DNA from: Thermodesulfobacteriota bacterium
GTDB lineage: Bacteria > Desulfobacterota_D > UBA1144 > Nemesobacterales > Nemesobacteraceae
Length of the DNA: 64,000 bases
Direction of reading: 5' to 3'
Assembly: GCA_965202785.1 (NCBI GenBank)
Contig: OZ241855.1
Location: forward strand, 1,056,001 to 1,120,000
The notes beneath the pieces were generated by a model. It was not told the DNA's origin. It worked only from the letters and a program-made list of their open reading frames with translations, and searched no databases. Each line of letters begins with the position of its first letter. Position 1 is the stretch's first letter. Of this stretch, positions 18,328-29,200 are shown piece by piece. The position numbers and the translations under genes are program-made.

Positions 18328-20826
18328 ATGAGATACTTTCTGAATAAAAATCTTTTCCCAGTTTTGTCGGCGGTCCTCGTTTTTTCCGCTTCCGTTCTCT
18401 GTCCCCAGCTGGCTCCTGCGGAGAAGTCCGAGCCGCTTCCGGATCTTACGAGGGCTAAGGTTGTTGTCGCCCCGGGCACAAGGCTTAAAAAAGCGAACGG
18501 GGAGGATTCACCCGCAAAACCCGCTGATATTGCCGAGGAAGCCACGGAGTTGCTGGCCGAGGATGCCGCAAAGGACCCGGGCAAGCAAGACTTAAGGCCT
18601 CTCGGAAAAGATGCGGTGAAAGTTTCTGGCAGCGAGACCCTGAAAGACTTGGTCGAGGACCCCGGCCTGCCGCTCGATTTAGCGGATAAAGAAGTTGCAG
18701 CCGAAGTTGAGAGAGCTCCTGAGCCGGAGACGAAGAAGCCTGAGGAAACAGTTGCGGTCTCAGACGATGAAATTCTCGGTGAAGAGGGTGAGGAAATTTC
18801 CGAGGACGAGGGGATGGTCAACCTTCGCTCCAACATGACCCTTAATGAGATGGTAAAGACCATAAGCGAGATCACCTCCGAAGTTTATCTCCTGAGTGAC
18901 AAGATCAGGGACAAGAACGTGACGATCATAACTCCCGAGGGCGGTTTCGAGAAAGAAAATGCGTTTAGAATTTTTGAAATACTGCTTGATATGAACGGCT
19001 ATTCGGTCATAAGTGCGGAGGGGGTCAACAAGGTCGTCCCCAAAAAGGGGATAAAGTCAGAGAGCATACCGTTAAGGCTGGATTTCGACCCCGGAGAATC
19101 TTCCCAGAAGTACGTGATGAAGCTGATAAAGCTTAAGAGCGTAAAAGCCAAAGGAGTTTCCAACATCCTTCGGGCTCTGGTTAGCAAGGATGGGTTTATG
19201 AAGGCTCACCAACCGTCCAATACCCTAGTGGTGGTTGATAATGAGCAGAACGTGAACAAGATAGCCGAAGTGATTGCGAATCTTGATTACGAGAAGAAAA
19301 TAGAGTTCATCAAAGTGCAAAACACAAGCTCGGCCAACGTTATTTTCAAGCTGCTTGAGATATTCAACCCTAAAAGTGCCAAGGCCAAGCCGTCAAAGAG
19401 CAAGAATGACGGTCTCATATCCGGAAGTTCTGAGCTCTTAGGGTTTAAAGTGATAAACGACGAGAGGACAAATTCCATAATAGTGATTGCCGACCCGAGG
19501 GATCTTCCCCTGATAAAGGAGACGATTGCTGTTTTGGACATCAAGAGCGAGCACGCGGAACAGGACGTTTACGTTATACCAGTTAAAAACGCCGACGCTG
19601 AGCAGATAATCGAAGTTCTGGGAAATCTGTTCGCGGAGGGGAAAGGGGGTGCAGTGTCTTCAGTTTCCCACCGGGACCAAACGCGGCAATCCGGCAGAAC
19701 CGGCCAGGCTTCAAGCCGTCTCGGAGAGGGGAAAGCGGGGGACGGCAGCGGAAATGTCGGTGGTCTGGGTTCCCAGGGCGGAAACATCCAGAGGGGAGGG
19801 AACGAGCAGACCGGCGCTTCCGTCATAGTGTCTTCGGACGATGGGCTCAAGATAACTTCGGACCCGGCGACAAACTCCATCATAGTTGTCGGTTCTCTCA
19901 CGCAGTACAGAATGGTCAAGCAGATAGTGGACAAGCTTGACGTAAGGAGAAGGCAGGTGTTTGTGGAAGCCGCCATACTCGAGGTGGGCCTTGATAACCT
20001 TAACGCGCTGGGAACCAATTTTGGTCTCGGCGTTACAATCGAGGGCGACAACCTCGGTTTCGTCGGACAGCAGCTGCCGGGCATCCCAAGCCTTCTTGGA
20101 GTTGCGGCCGATCCCACAATTGCAACGACTTCCATAGGCAGTCTTTCGGGGCTTTTCCTCGGAGTAGTGGGAGAGGAAGTTGACCCCGACGGTTCGGGTC
20201 CGCTTCCGTCTCTTCCTTCGTTCTCCGCGGTGTTTCAGGCGCTGAGTTCCGTGACCGACGTCAACGTTCTTTCAACCCCGAGCATTATTACAACCGACAA
20301 CGAACCGGCCGAGATAGTGGTGGCTGACATAATACCGTTTCCGATGGGTAGCACCGTGGGAACAAGCGGCGTGACAGTTCAGACAATCGAGAGATTGCCG
20401 GTAGGAATAAGGCTCAGCATCACTCCTCAGATAAGCGAAGGAGAGTACCTTAACCTTGACATAGTGACCGAGGTTTCCTCTACCCGGGAGGCCCCCGCGG
20501 GGCTTAACACCGCCCAGTTCGGCATTGCGACTACAACGAGAAGCGCCGATTCGTCGGTTATAGTCAAAAATGGGCAGACCCTCGTTATAGGCGGGCTGGT
20601 TCAGGACAGAGAAGAGGTGCTTCACAACAAAACACCTCTGCTCGGAGATATTCCGCTGCTTGGAAACCTGTTCAGGTTCAAGCGCAATCAGAGCAGGAAG
20701 CTTAACCTGATGATACTTCTTACCCCGCGGATAGTTGAGACGGAAAGCGACATGAAGCAGTTGCTTATGGATTACCAGAAAAGAAAGACCTTGCTTCATA
20801 GAAGGGATCTGAATACGCTTGAGTAG
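18328..20826 (+). CDS. gspD: Type II secretion secretin D
   Basis: N-domain repeats, QVFVEAAILEV, secretin C-domain (PLLGDIPLLGNLF). Confidence 0.95.
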   Translation: MRYFLNKNLFPVLSAVLVFSASVLCPQLAPAEKSEPLPDLTRAKVVVAPGTRLKKANGEDSPAKPADIAEEATELLAEDAAKDPGKQDLRPLGKDAVKVSGSETLKDLVEDPGLPLDLADKEVAAEVERAPEPETKKPEETVAVSDDEILGEEGEEISEDEGMVNLRSNMTLNEMVKTISEITSEVYLLSDKIRDKNVTIITPEGGFEKENAFRIFEILLDMNGYSVISAEGVNKVVPKKGIKSESIPLRLDFDPGESSQKYVMKLIKLKSVKAKGVSNILRALVSKDGFMKAHQPSNTLVVVDNEQNVNKIAEVIANLDYEKKIEFIKVQNTSSANVIFKLLEIFNPKSAKAKPSKSKNDGLISGSSELLGFKVINDERTNSIIVIADPRDLPLIKETIAVLDIKSEHAEQDVYVIPVKNADAEQIIEVLGNLFAEGKGGAVSSVSHRDQTRQSGRTGQASSRLGEGKAGDGSGNVGGLGSQGGNIQRGGNEQTGASVIVSSDDGLKITSDPATNSIIVVGSLTQYRMVKQIVDKLDVRRRQVFVEAAILEVGLDNLNALGTNFGLGVTIEGDNLGFVGQQLPGIPSLLGVAADPTIATTSIGSLSGLFLGVVGEEVDPDGSGPLPSLPSFSAVFQALSSVTDVNVLSTPSIITTDNEPAEIVVADIIPFPMGSTVGTSGVTVQTIERLPVGIRLSITPQISEGEYLNLDIVTEVSSTREAPAGLNTAQFGIATTTRSADSSVIVKNGQTLVIGGLVQDREEVLHNKTPLLGDIPLLGNLFRFKRNQSRKLNLMILLTPRIVETESDMKQLLMDYQKRKTLLHRRDLNTLE

Positions 20827-20841
20827 GGAAATTTTTAGAAA

Positions 20842-22524
20842 ATGAAGGTCCTTGACGAAATAATAGGCAGGCGTTACCCCGAGGTTATGGGGAGAATTGA
20901 AGAGCTTAAAGGGAAAAACGGTCGGAACACAGAAGACATACTGCTCAAAACTGACATACTCAAAGACTCCCCGGCTCTAGATGTTCTTTCCGAATTTTAC
21001 GGAGTCGACAAAATCGAATCAATTCCCGAAGACGATATAGATTATGAACTGATAAAACAGTTTCCGATCAGCTTCGCAAAGAGATTCAGAATACTCCCCA
21101 TAAACAAGAACAATGGAACGCTCAAAGTCGTATTCGCTCCGCCTCAGGAACTCTACGCCCTTGACGAGGTCCGCTCCCGCTTTAACTGCTCGCTTGAAAC
21201 TTACATTACTCTGGAGGGTGTGCTGACTGACAGCATTAACAGGGTTTACGAGCAGGGCAAAGACGTTGTATCGGAGGATATAAACGAAGGTTCGGGACTT
21301 TCCGATATGGAGTTTACCGAGCCCCAGGATCTGATTGAGGCCGAAGATGAAGCCCCGATCATAAAATTCATAAACACGCTTCTTTTTCAGGCGGTAAGGG
21401 AGCACGCAAGCGATATTCACATAGAGTGTTTCGAAAAAGAAGTGCTGGTACGGTTCAGAAAGGACGGCATTTTGCACGACGTGACGAAAGTTCCGAAGAC
21501 GGTGCAGTCTTCGGTGATCTCGCGTGTGAAGATCATGTCTGAACTTGATATAGCCGAAAGAAGAAAGCCTCAGGACGGAAGCATAAGGCTGAAGATCGGA
21601 GGAAGGGATATTGACGTAAGGGTTTCGACGGTTCCCACCTCATGGGGAGAGAGTGTGGTCATGAGGCTGCTTTACAGGTCTTCGGTGTTGATGAGCTTCG
21701 AGCAGCTGGGCCTTGAAGGAAAAAAACTCGAAACGGTGGAGTCCCTTATCAAACGTCCTCACGGGATCATTCTCGTCACGGGGCCCACGGGAAGCGGAAA
21801 GACAACAAGCCTCTATGCAGCCCTGCAGAGAATCAACCTTCCCGACAAGAAGATAATCACTATAGAAGACCCGGTTGAATACCAGATACAGGGAATTAAC
21901 CAGATCCAAGTCAACACCAAGGTCGATCTTACGTTCGCAAACGGACTTCGCTCGATGCTCAGGCAGGATCCCGACGTTATCCTAGTCGGAGAGATAAGGG
22001 ACAGGGAAACCGCCGATATTTCCATGAACGCTTCACTCACTGGGCATCTAGTATTTTCCACGCTGCATACCAATGATTCGGTAAGCGCCGTGACTAGACT
22101 CGCCGATATGGGAGTGGAGTCCTTTCTTATAGCTTCTACTCTCTCGGCGGTCATAGCTCAGAGACTTGTCAGGATTCTTTGCACGCGGTGCAGAGAACAG
22201 TACATGCCGATTGATGAGGGAATCGGCCGTATAGGACTTACTCGCGAGGCCTGTCCGGAAGGAGGGATATACAGAGCCAAGGGATGCCCGGAGTGCATGG
22301 AGACGGGGTTTTCGGGAAGAATAGCGATTTTTGAGATACTGATTATCGATGACGAACTTAAAAACACTATTCTAACACACCCGGATTCTTCGACGCTTAA
22401 GGAAAAGGCCCTGAGAAACGGACTCATTACCCTTAGAATGGACGGTGCCGACAAAGTCGCAAAGGGCATAACGTCAATTGACGAAGTACTCAGGGTTACG
22501 GAAGAGGAACTGGCGGAGAGCTAG
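20842..22524 (+). CDS. gspE: Type II secretion ATPase E
   Basis: [30 protein letters not shown], tetra-Cys. Confidence 0.96.
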   Translation: MKVLDEIIGRRYPEVMGRIEELKGKNGRNTEDILLKTDILKDSPALDVLSEFYGVDKIESIPEDDIDYELIKQFPISFAKRFRILPINKNNGTLKVVFAPPQELYALDEVRSRFNCSLETYITLEGVLTDSINRVYEQGKDVVSEDINEGSGLSDMEFTEPQDLIEAEDEAPIIKFINTLLFQAVREHASDIHIECFEKEVLVRFRKDGILHDVTKVPKTVQSSVISRVKIMSELDIAERRKPQDGSIRLKIGGRDIDVRVSTVPTSWGESVVMRLLYRSSVLMSFEQLGLEGKKLETVESLIKRPHGIILVTGPTGSGKTTSLYAALQRINLPDKKIITIEDPVEYQIQGINQIQVNTKVDLTFANGLRSMLRQDPDVILVGEIRDRETADISMNASLTGHLVFSTLHTNDSVSAVTRLADMGVESFLIASTLSAVIAQRLVRILCTRCREQYMPIDEGIGRIGLTREACPEGGIYRAKGCPECMETGFSGRIAIFEILIIDDELKNTILTHPDSSTLKEKALRNGLITLRMDGADKVAKGITSIDEVLRVTEEELAES

Positions 22525-22555
22525 ACCGCAGTTATCTTTAACATCGGTATTTCAA

Positions 22556-23764
22556 ATGCCTGTTTATAACTATAAAGCCATTAACGACAAGGGTGAATCG
22601 GTAAAGGGCGTTATCAGCGCGGAATCGGTCAAGACCGCAAGCGACAGGCTCAGAAAAGGCGGTATCTATCTTTCCTCTATAAAGGAGGCGAGTGGGTCTC
22701 GCCGCTCGTCGGTGAGCCTTCCGTGGAACAGGGTGAGCATTTCGGAACTTGCCGTTATGACAAGGCAGTTCTCAACGCTGATTTCGTCAGGTCTTCCTCT
22801 TGAGACCTCACTTGTGGCCCTCTACGAGCAGACCGATGACCAGAAGCTCAAGGGAATTCTCTCTCAGGTGCGGAGCCGGGTGAGTGAAGGCAGTTCTCTT
22901 CACGCCGCACTTGAGGAGCACGAAGGAGCTTTCTCTGATCTGTACGTGAGCATGGTTCGTGCCGGCGAAGCTAGCGGCACTCTTGATGTGGTGCTCGACC
23001 GTCTTGCAGATTTCCTTGAAAAGCAGCTGGAGCTGACTTCGAAGATCAGGGGTGCCATGATATATCCGGCGATAATGTTTGTCGTTGGACTCGGGGTGCT
23101 GGTTTTCATGATGACTTTCGTAATTCCCAAGGTCGCCGATATATTCGAGGCCAGCAACAAGGCTTTGCCGTTTGTTACCGTAATGCTTATAGGTGCAAGT
23201 GATTTTCTCAGGGAGAATTTCGTCCTTCTGCTGGTTTTCTTGGCCGTCGTATTATTTTTTGGACACAGGTATGTAAAAACTCCTTCCGGAAAGAAGGTCT
23301 ACGACAGATTTTCCCTGAGGATTCCAGTGTTCGGGAAAATGTCTTCGAAGGTAATGATTTCCCGTTTCACAAGAACGCTTGCCACGCTACTTTCAAGTGG
23401 CATTCCTCTTCTTGAATCCATCAGGGTGAGTGAATCGGTTATGGGAAACAGTCTTTATGTTGACAATATAAGGGATGTTCGGGTCAAGGTTGCGGAGGGA
23501 GCGGCTTTTGGAGGCTGCCTTGGACAGACCGGGATTTTTCCTCCACTAATGGTGAGAATGGTGTCTGTGGGCGAGGAGGCGGGTAAAATGGAAATCATGC
23601 TGTCGAAAGTGGCCGATATGTATGATACCGAGGTCGACGGCATGCTCGCCACGCTGACTTCCCTTCTTGAACCGGTAATGATACTGATTATGGGCGTCGT
23701 GATGGGTTTTATAGTTTTTGCTATACTTTTACCTGTATTGAATCTAACTTCTGTAATAAGCTGA
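22556..23764 (+). CDS. gspF: Type II secretion inner-membrane protein F
   Basis: MPVYNYKA, GEASGTLD, AMIYP, LLEP. Confidence 0.95.
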   Translation: MPVYNYKAINDKGESVKGVISAESVKTASDRLRKGGIYLSSIKEASGSRRSSVSLPWNRVSISELAVMTRQFSTLISSGLPLETSLVALYEQTDDQKLKGILSQVRSRVSEGSSLHAALEEHEGAFSDLYVSMVRAGEASGTLDVVLDRLADFLEKQLELTSKIRGAMIYPAIMFVVGLGVLVFMMTFVIPKVADIFEASNKALPFVTVMLIGASDFLRENFVLLLVFLAVVLFFGHRYVKTPSGKKVYDRFSLRIPVFGKMSSKVMISRFTRTLATLLSSGIPLLESIRVSESVMGNSLYVDNIRDVRVKVAEGAAFGGCLGQTGIFPPLMVRMVSVGEEAGKMEIMLSKVADMYDTEVDGMLATLTSLLEPVMILIMGVVMGFIVFAILLPVLNLTSVIS

Positions 23765-23782
23765 ACAGGGAGGTAGAGAAAA

Positions 23783-24202
23783 ATGAGATCCCAGATGGGG
23801 TTTACTCTGATTGAAATTATGGTGGTCGTGCTTATCATAGCGGGGCTTGCCTACATAGTGGGAACGAACGTGATAGGTCAGGGGGAGAGGGCAAAGGAAA
23901 AACAGGCCATGATTCAGATTAAGCAGTTTGAGCAGGCGCTCCAGCTGTTTAAGTTTGATAACGGTTTTTATCCTGAAACCCAACAGGGGTTACGCGTTCT
24001 GGTCGAACCGGTAACGGTGGGCAGGGAGGCCAAGAGGTGGAGACGCTATCTTGAATCCGCGAGCGTGCCACTTGATCCTTGGGGGAACGAGTTTGTGTAT
24101 TTCGGGGTCGACCAGACTGAGGACGGATTGTATTATATAAGGTCTAACGGTCCGGATGGGATAGGGAATTCAGACGATGATCTGTCCAGCAGAGACAGAT
24201 GA
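23783..24202 (+). CDS. gspG: Major pseudopilin G
   Basis: G|FTLIE prepilin site, DNGFYP..QGL, DPWG. Confidence 0.95.
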   Translation: MRSQMGFTLIEIMVVVLIIAGLAYIVGTNVIGQGERAKEKQAMIQIKQFEQALQLFKFDNGFYPETQQGLRVLVEPVTVGREAKRWRRYLESASVPLDPWGNEFVYFGVDQTEDGLYYIRSNGPDGIGNSDDDLSSRDR

Positions 24203-24732
24203 GAAGAAAATCCTCTGGTTTTACCTTAATTGAACTCCTTGTGGTCGTTTTTCTGCTCGGAGCTTTTTTCTCCGTAGCGATGCCCAGAGTCCTCAAAACG
24301 AGTGACATGAACCTTCGCAGTGCTTCAAGAGGGCTTGTCACTACGATAAGGCATATTTACAGCAAAGCCATTTTTGAAAAACGGATATACAAGCTTTCTT
24401 TCGATATCGATACCGGAGAATACTGGGCAGAATTTCTTGAGGAAAACCAGTTCCGCTTGGAAGAGGGCTCCGCATCTGGATTCAGGAAGCTTCCCAGCGG
24501 GGTTTTTTTCAGCGATATACAGACGGAGAGAACCCAAGGAAAGATTGGTTCCGGAAGAGATGCATTTATACTTTTTCTGCCGACCGGGATTGTTGACTCG
24601 GCGGTTATTCACCTGCGAACTGATGAGGACAATTTTTTCACGCTCTCCACAAACCCCTACACCGGGGCCACTAAAGTTTTTGATGAGTACGTCGAATTTA
24701 ACAGCCGGTTTCAGAACCTGGCGGAACGTTAG
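24199..24732 (+). CDS. gspH: Minor pseudopilin H
   Basis: G|FTLIELLVV; operon position. Confidence 0.8.
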   Translation: MRRKSSGFTLIELLVVVFLLGAFFSVAMPRVLKTSDMNLRSASRGLVTTIRHIYSKAIFEKRIYKLSFDIDTGEYWAEFLEENQFRLEEGSASGFRKLPSGVFFSDIQTERTQGKIGSGRDAFILFLPTGIVDSAVIHLRTDEDNFFTLSTNPYTGATKVFDEYVEFNSRFQNLAER

Positions 24733-24744
24733 GGAGAGGACTGT

Positions 24745-25119
24745 ATGAGGGCCTCGAAAAACAGCATTTGCGGATTTACGTTGCTCGAAGTCATGGTTGC
24801 CGTGGGGTTGCTTGCCTTCGCGATGGTGTCAATCCTCAGCATTGTAGGTCACAATATAAATCTTGCCACAAGGTCCACCAACTACCTGATAGCCACAAGT
24901 CTGGCCGACGACATAGCTTCACGGATCGACGCTGAAGGGGTCCCGTCGGACTCGGAAAGAAGCGGGAAATTTGAAAATTATCCCGGTTTTGAGTGGTATC
25001 TCACAGTTTCCCCTTACAATTTAACCCAATTCGAAGCGAGAATGACCATTGTCAGTGTTCTTATAACTTGGGACGACGGGGAGGAAAGCTATGAAATCAG
25101 CTTCGTCGATTCGGGATGA
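24745..25119 (+). CDS. gspI: Minor pseudopilin I
   Basis: G|FTLLEVMVA; short; operon position. Confidence 0.8.
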   Translation: MRASKNSICGFTLLEVMVAVGLLAFAMVSILSIVGHNINLATRSTNYLIATSLADDIASRIDAEGVPSDSERSGKFENYPGFEWYLTVSPYNLTQFEARMTIVSVLITWDDGEESYEISFVDSG

Positions 25120-25765
25120 TAAAAGCGGTTTCACCCTTATAGAGGTTCTTATCGTCGTTGCCATAACAGTCATCGTGCTCACGATGCTCTACAGTTCCTT
25201 TTCCCAGCTTATAACAGTCAAACGCAGGGTGGAGACGGAAAACGAATTGATCCAGGAAGCAAATACTATCCTGCTTAAGATGCGCCATGACCTAGTGAAT
25301 GCTTTTCCCAGAGGGAATATCAATTCCGAGGTTTCTTCTCCTTTCGCATATAGCTACTTTACCGGGAGGCTCGAAGGAGATAACAGCAGAATAGTATTTA
25401 CCTCTTTTGCGAAGGACCCCACGCATTATTCCACCCAATCCGGCCAGAGCGAGATCTCCTACTATCTGGTTCCGCTCCGTGGCGAGCGCGAAGATATGTT
25501 TGCCCTTATGAGGAAGGATAATTACTGGATCGGAAACGATGAGGCTGGAGCCGCATATCCGATTTCGGAAAGGGTGCTGAGTTTCAGGGTGAATTTCCTT
25601 TCCGAACGGTCCCCGGCTTCGGCTAACGAGCAAGAGGTGTGGGAGTGGAATTCGTCAGTAATGCGGGGATTTCCAAAAGCGGTTCAGGTCCAGATTATTC
25701 TTTTGGGAGTCGGGGATCAGGAGGAGGCCTATTCCATGATTGTTGCTATACCGGTGGCTGATTGA
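25091..25765 (+). CDS. gspJ: Minor pseudopilin J
   Basis: G|FTLIEVLI; WNS...PKAVQV; operon position. Confidence 0.8.
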   Translation: MKSASSIRDDKSGFTLIEVLIVVAITVIVLTMLYSSFSQLITVKRRVETENELIQEANTILLKMRHDLVNAFPRGNINSEVSSPFAYSYFTGRLEGDNSRIVFTSFAKDPTHYSTQSGQSEISYYLVPLRGEREDMFALMRKDNYWIGNDEAGAAYPISERVLSFRVNFLSERSPASANEQEVWEWNSSVMRGFPKAVQVQIILLGVGDQEEAYSMIVAIPVAD

Positions 25766-26857
25766 ATGCGCAGGGCAGATCCGAAAACAAAGCAGAGGGG
25801 AATAGTACTTGTTATCGTTGTCATAACGATTGCAATACTTTCCACAATCGTGATTGATTTCATATACTCGACCCGCGTGAGCTACGAAATTTCCGCGAAC
25901 AGTTCAAGCGATGTTCAGGCAAGACATATTGCGAAATCGGGGGTGAGAGTCGTGCGAGGGGTGCTGAGAAAGAAAACGCCAGAGGACCTACCCTTACTGC
26001 AGGGAATACTTGCACAGGCAATAAGCTCAAAAAACGGTTCCGGCGGCTGGAAGCTTTCCATCACCTCTTTTCCCATCGGAGAAGGAAACATATCTCTTCA
26101 AGTTGTAGACGAGAGATCGAAAGTCAATCTCAATGCTCTTGTGGACCAGAGATCTGGACGGGTGGATTTTCAGGTCCGAACGCAGCTAAATGAACTTTTC
26201 CGCTTTCTCGGGGTTGAGACGGAGAAAGCCGATCTCTTCGTGGCAAGTCTAGTGAACTGGCTTGACGGGGCGGCGCCGGGTAGCGGAAACGATCAGGACC
26301 CCGATGGAGCCGGTGGGAACTATTACGCAGGACTTGAGAATCCTTATTATATTAAGGACGGACCGCTTGACAGTGTTGAGGAAATTAGGATGATTGAGGG
26401 GATGGATAAGGATTTCTTTTTCCAAGTCAAAGACTATCTAACCGTATATCCTAAAGACAAGAAGGTGAATTTCAGCACTGCTTCAAAGACAGTGATAATG
26501 GCTACCATTAAGGCTGCGGGGGTCTCGGTCAACGAGAGGCAGAACGATCCCCGGGAAATAAAAGACAGCGTAGTCGGGAGAATGGCCGACGAGATAATCC
26601 TTCGCAGGAGTACCAAGAGAGTCATATCTGCCAGCGAGACCACGAAAATCTTAAAGGGAGTGGATTCCAGTCTAAAGATAAGCTCCGGTATTTCGGGAGT
26701 GGTTCTTAAGGGCGGAAAAAGCGATGTCTATACTGCTATTTCCACGGGTATAGTGGGAGAGCAAATTCCTGTTACAAGACAGGTTCAGGCTGTTATCCGT
26801 AAAGATCTGAAAAAGAAAAATTCGTATCCTACCGTGGCGTCTTGGAGAGAAAGATAA
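25766..26857 (+). CDS. gspK: Minor pseudopilin K
   Basis: QRG|IVLV, DERSKVNLN, DSVEEIRMIEG. Confidence 0.9.
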   Translation: MRRADPKTKQRGIVLVIVVITIAILSTIVIDFIYSTRVSYEISANSSSDVQARHIAKSGVRVVRGVLRKKTPEDLPLLQGILAQAISSKNGSGGWKLSITSFPIGEGNISLQVVDERSKVNLNALVDQRSGRVDFQVRTQLNELFRFLGVETEKADLFVASLVNWLDGAAPGSGNDQDPDGAGGNYYAGLENPYYIKDGPLDSVEEIRMIEGMDKDFFFQVKDYLTVYPKDKKVNFSTASKTVIMATIKAAGVSVNERQNDPREIKDSVVGRMADEIILRRSTKRVISASETTKILKGVDSSLKISSGISGVVLKGGKSDVYTAISTGIVGEQIPVTRQVQAVIRKDLKKKNSYPTVASWRER

Positions 26858-26859
26858 GA

Positions 26860-26944
26860 GCCGAAGTGGCGGAATAGGCAGACGCGCAGGATTCAGGATC
26901 CTGTGGGCATTGCGCCCGTGGGGGTTCGACTCCCCCCTTCGGCA
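26860..26944 (+). tRNA. tRNA-Leu(CAG), CCA not encoded
   Basis: GCCGAAG acceptor stem, anticodon arm CAGGA-TTCAGGA-TCCTG, long variable arm, GGTTCGACTCC. Confidence 0.95.
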
Positions 26945-26950
26945 GAGCAT

Positions 26951-26990
26951 AAAAAAAGGGGTGCCTTTTCGAAGGACACCCCTTTTTTCT
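26951..26990. terminator. Bidirectional intrinsic terminator between tRNA-Leu and glnA
   Basis: A7-GGGGTG..CCTT-TTCG-AAGG..CACCCC-T6. Confidence 0.85.
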
Positions 26991-27007
26991 ATCAGCTTTT
27001 TTCTTGC

Positions 27008-28453
27008 TTATACGTCGTAATAAAGCATGAACTCATACGGTACGGGTCTCAACCTGATCGGGTTGATTTCGTTTTCCGTTTTGTAGTCAATCCATGTCTC
27101 GATTACGTCCTCTGTGAACACTCCCCCTTTGAGCAGAAACTCGTGGTCGTCTTCAAGGGCTTTGATGGCCTCCTCAAGTGAACCTGGTACGGAGGGGATA
27201 TCACTTAGCTCCTCTGGTCCCAATGCGTAGATATCCTTGTCCAGAGGGTCTCCCGGCTTGATCTTGTTTTCGATTCCGTCAAGTCCTGCCATCAGCAAAG
27301 CGGAAAACGTCAGGTAACCGTTGCATGAGGGATCCGGGAACCTGGTCTCTATTCTCTTTGCCTTGGGGCTGGGAGAATACATGGGGATCCTTACCGCTGC
27401 GCTTCTGTTCCTCGCCGAATAAGCGAGGTTAACAGGAGCTTCAAACCCGGGAACGAGTCTTCTGTATGAATTCGTTATCGGATTGCTAAATGCGCATATG
27501 GCTCTCGCATGCTTCAATACTCCGCCTACATAATGCATCGCGAGGTCACTCAGTCCTGCATACCCTTTTCCCGCGAAAAGAGGCTTGTTTTTTTTCCACA
27601 AAGACTGATGAATATGCATTCCGGAACCGTTGTCGTCAAAGACGGGCTTTGGCATGAAAGTGGCCGTTTTCCCGTGTTCCCGGGCAACGTTTTTTACCAC
27701 ATACTTGTACCATTTCATGTTGTCTCCCATGTCGACCAGTGGAGCGAAACGCATGTCAATCTCAGCCTGCCCCGATGTCGCAACCTCATGGTGATGGGCT
27801 TCAACGGAAATACCAAGGCTTAGAAGCGTGCTTACCATTTCGGAACGTATGTCGTGCATGCTGTCTGAAGGAGGCGTTGGAAAGTAGCCTTCCTTATGTC
27901 TGAGCTTGTGACCGAGATTCGGCTGCTCATCGGCACCGGAATTCCAGATGCCTTCCTCAGAATCTATGAAGTAATATCCGGCGCGCGGGCTCTGGTCGTA
28001 CCTGATATCGTCAAGAATGAAGAATTCCAGTTCCGGACCGAAGTAGGCGGTGTCCGCGACTTTTGTGCCCTGCATGAAGGAAATAGCTTTTCTCGCTATG
28101 TTCCTCGGGTCTCTCGTGTAGGGTTCCCTTGTTATGGGATCCTCGATATTACATATAATGACGAGAGTCTGGGCCTGCATGAAAGGATCGACCTTGCAGG
28201 TGGTGGGATCCGGCATAATGAGCATATCGCTTGTGTTAATCGCCTGCCAGCCCCTGATGCTTGACCCGTCGAAACCAAGGCCGTTTTCAAAAAATGACGT
28301 GTCAACTTCCTCCGCCGGTATGGTGAAGTGTTGCCACATACCTATAAAATCAAGAAACCTGAGATCAACGAACTCAATCTCGTAATCTTTTATAAATTTC
28401 ATTACTTCAGCCGGCTTTTTTGGAAAAGCGGGCTGACCCGACTTAGTAGCCAT
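27008..28453 (-). CDS. glnA: Glutamine synthetase type I
   Basis: [32 protein letters not shown]. Confidence 0.98.
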   Translation of the reverse strand: MATKSGQPAFPKKPAEVMKFIKDYEIEFVDLRFLDFIGMWQHFTIPAEEVDTSFFENGLGFDGSSIRGWQAINTSDMLIMPDPTTCKVDPFMQAQTLVIICNIEDPITREPYTRDPRNIARKAISFMQGTKVADTAYFGPELEFFILDDIRYDQSPRAGYYFIDSEEGIWNSGADEQPNLGHKLRHKEGYFPTPPSDSMHDIRSEMVSTLLSLGISVEAHHHEVATSGQAEIDMRFAPLVDMGDNMKWYKYVVKNVAREHGKTATFMPKPVFDDNGSGMHIHQSLWKKNKPLFAGKGYAGLSDLAMHYVGGVLKHARAICAFSNPITNSYRRLVPGFEAPVNLAYSARNRSAAVRIPMYSPSPKAKRIETRFPDPSCNGYLTFSALLMAGLDGIENKIKPGDPLDKDIYALGPEELSDIPSVPGSLEEAIKALEDDHEFLLKGGVFTEDVIETWIDYKTENEINPIRLRPVPYEFMLYYDV

Positions 28454-28515
28454 GATTAATAATCCTCCTTAATGCGATTGTTTCCAGAGAAAAGTTTCTT
28501 TGGTGCGAGCGCTAA

Positions 28516-28869
<354 letters not shown>

Positions 28870-28898
28870 CTACGCGTATTATTCAACTACAATAAAGT

Positions 28899-28914
28899 AT
28901 CAAAAAATATACCA
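28899..28914 (-). promoter_or_regulatory. Putative sigma54 promoter of glnB-glnA
   Basis: Minus strand TGGTATATTTTTTGAT vs TGGCACGNNNNTTGCW (GA instead of GC at -12). Confidence 0.55.
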
Positions 28915-29113
28915 TTTCTTTTGTTTCCAAGTGAACTGGTTCTTAAAATAGCGCCATAGAATAACTGTTTCTTTTGAGAAGGGGAAGTTTTTTGTTTTAT
29001 AACTAACTCTTATAATTAAATATTTTTCAGAATCCGAAGCCGCCTCGATTTATATTTTTGTTCGTAAAAAAATCTCCTTTTCTCCTGAATGGCATTTTGG
29101 ATTTTTCCGACGA

Positions 29114-29130
29114 TGCACGTTTATTGTGCA
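29114..29130. promoter_or_regulatory. NtrC-type enhancer site
   Basis: TGCAC-N7-GTGCA about 200 bp upstream of the sigma54-like site; ntrBC nearby. Confidence 0.7.
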
Positions 29131-29200
29131 TAACATCTTAAAATTTAATCACTCCTGCGGAGATGTTGATTTTGAACGTGGTTAATGATATTTTCTCCCA

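Noticed and set aside
26672-27181. ORFs spanning tRNA-Leu (likewise 40494..40952 and 51711..52172)
   Set aside because: Artefacts of translating tRNA genes and antisense strands
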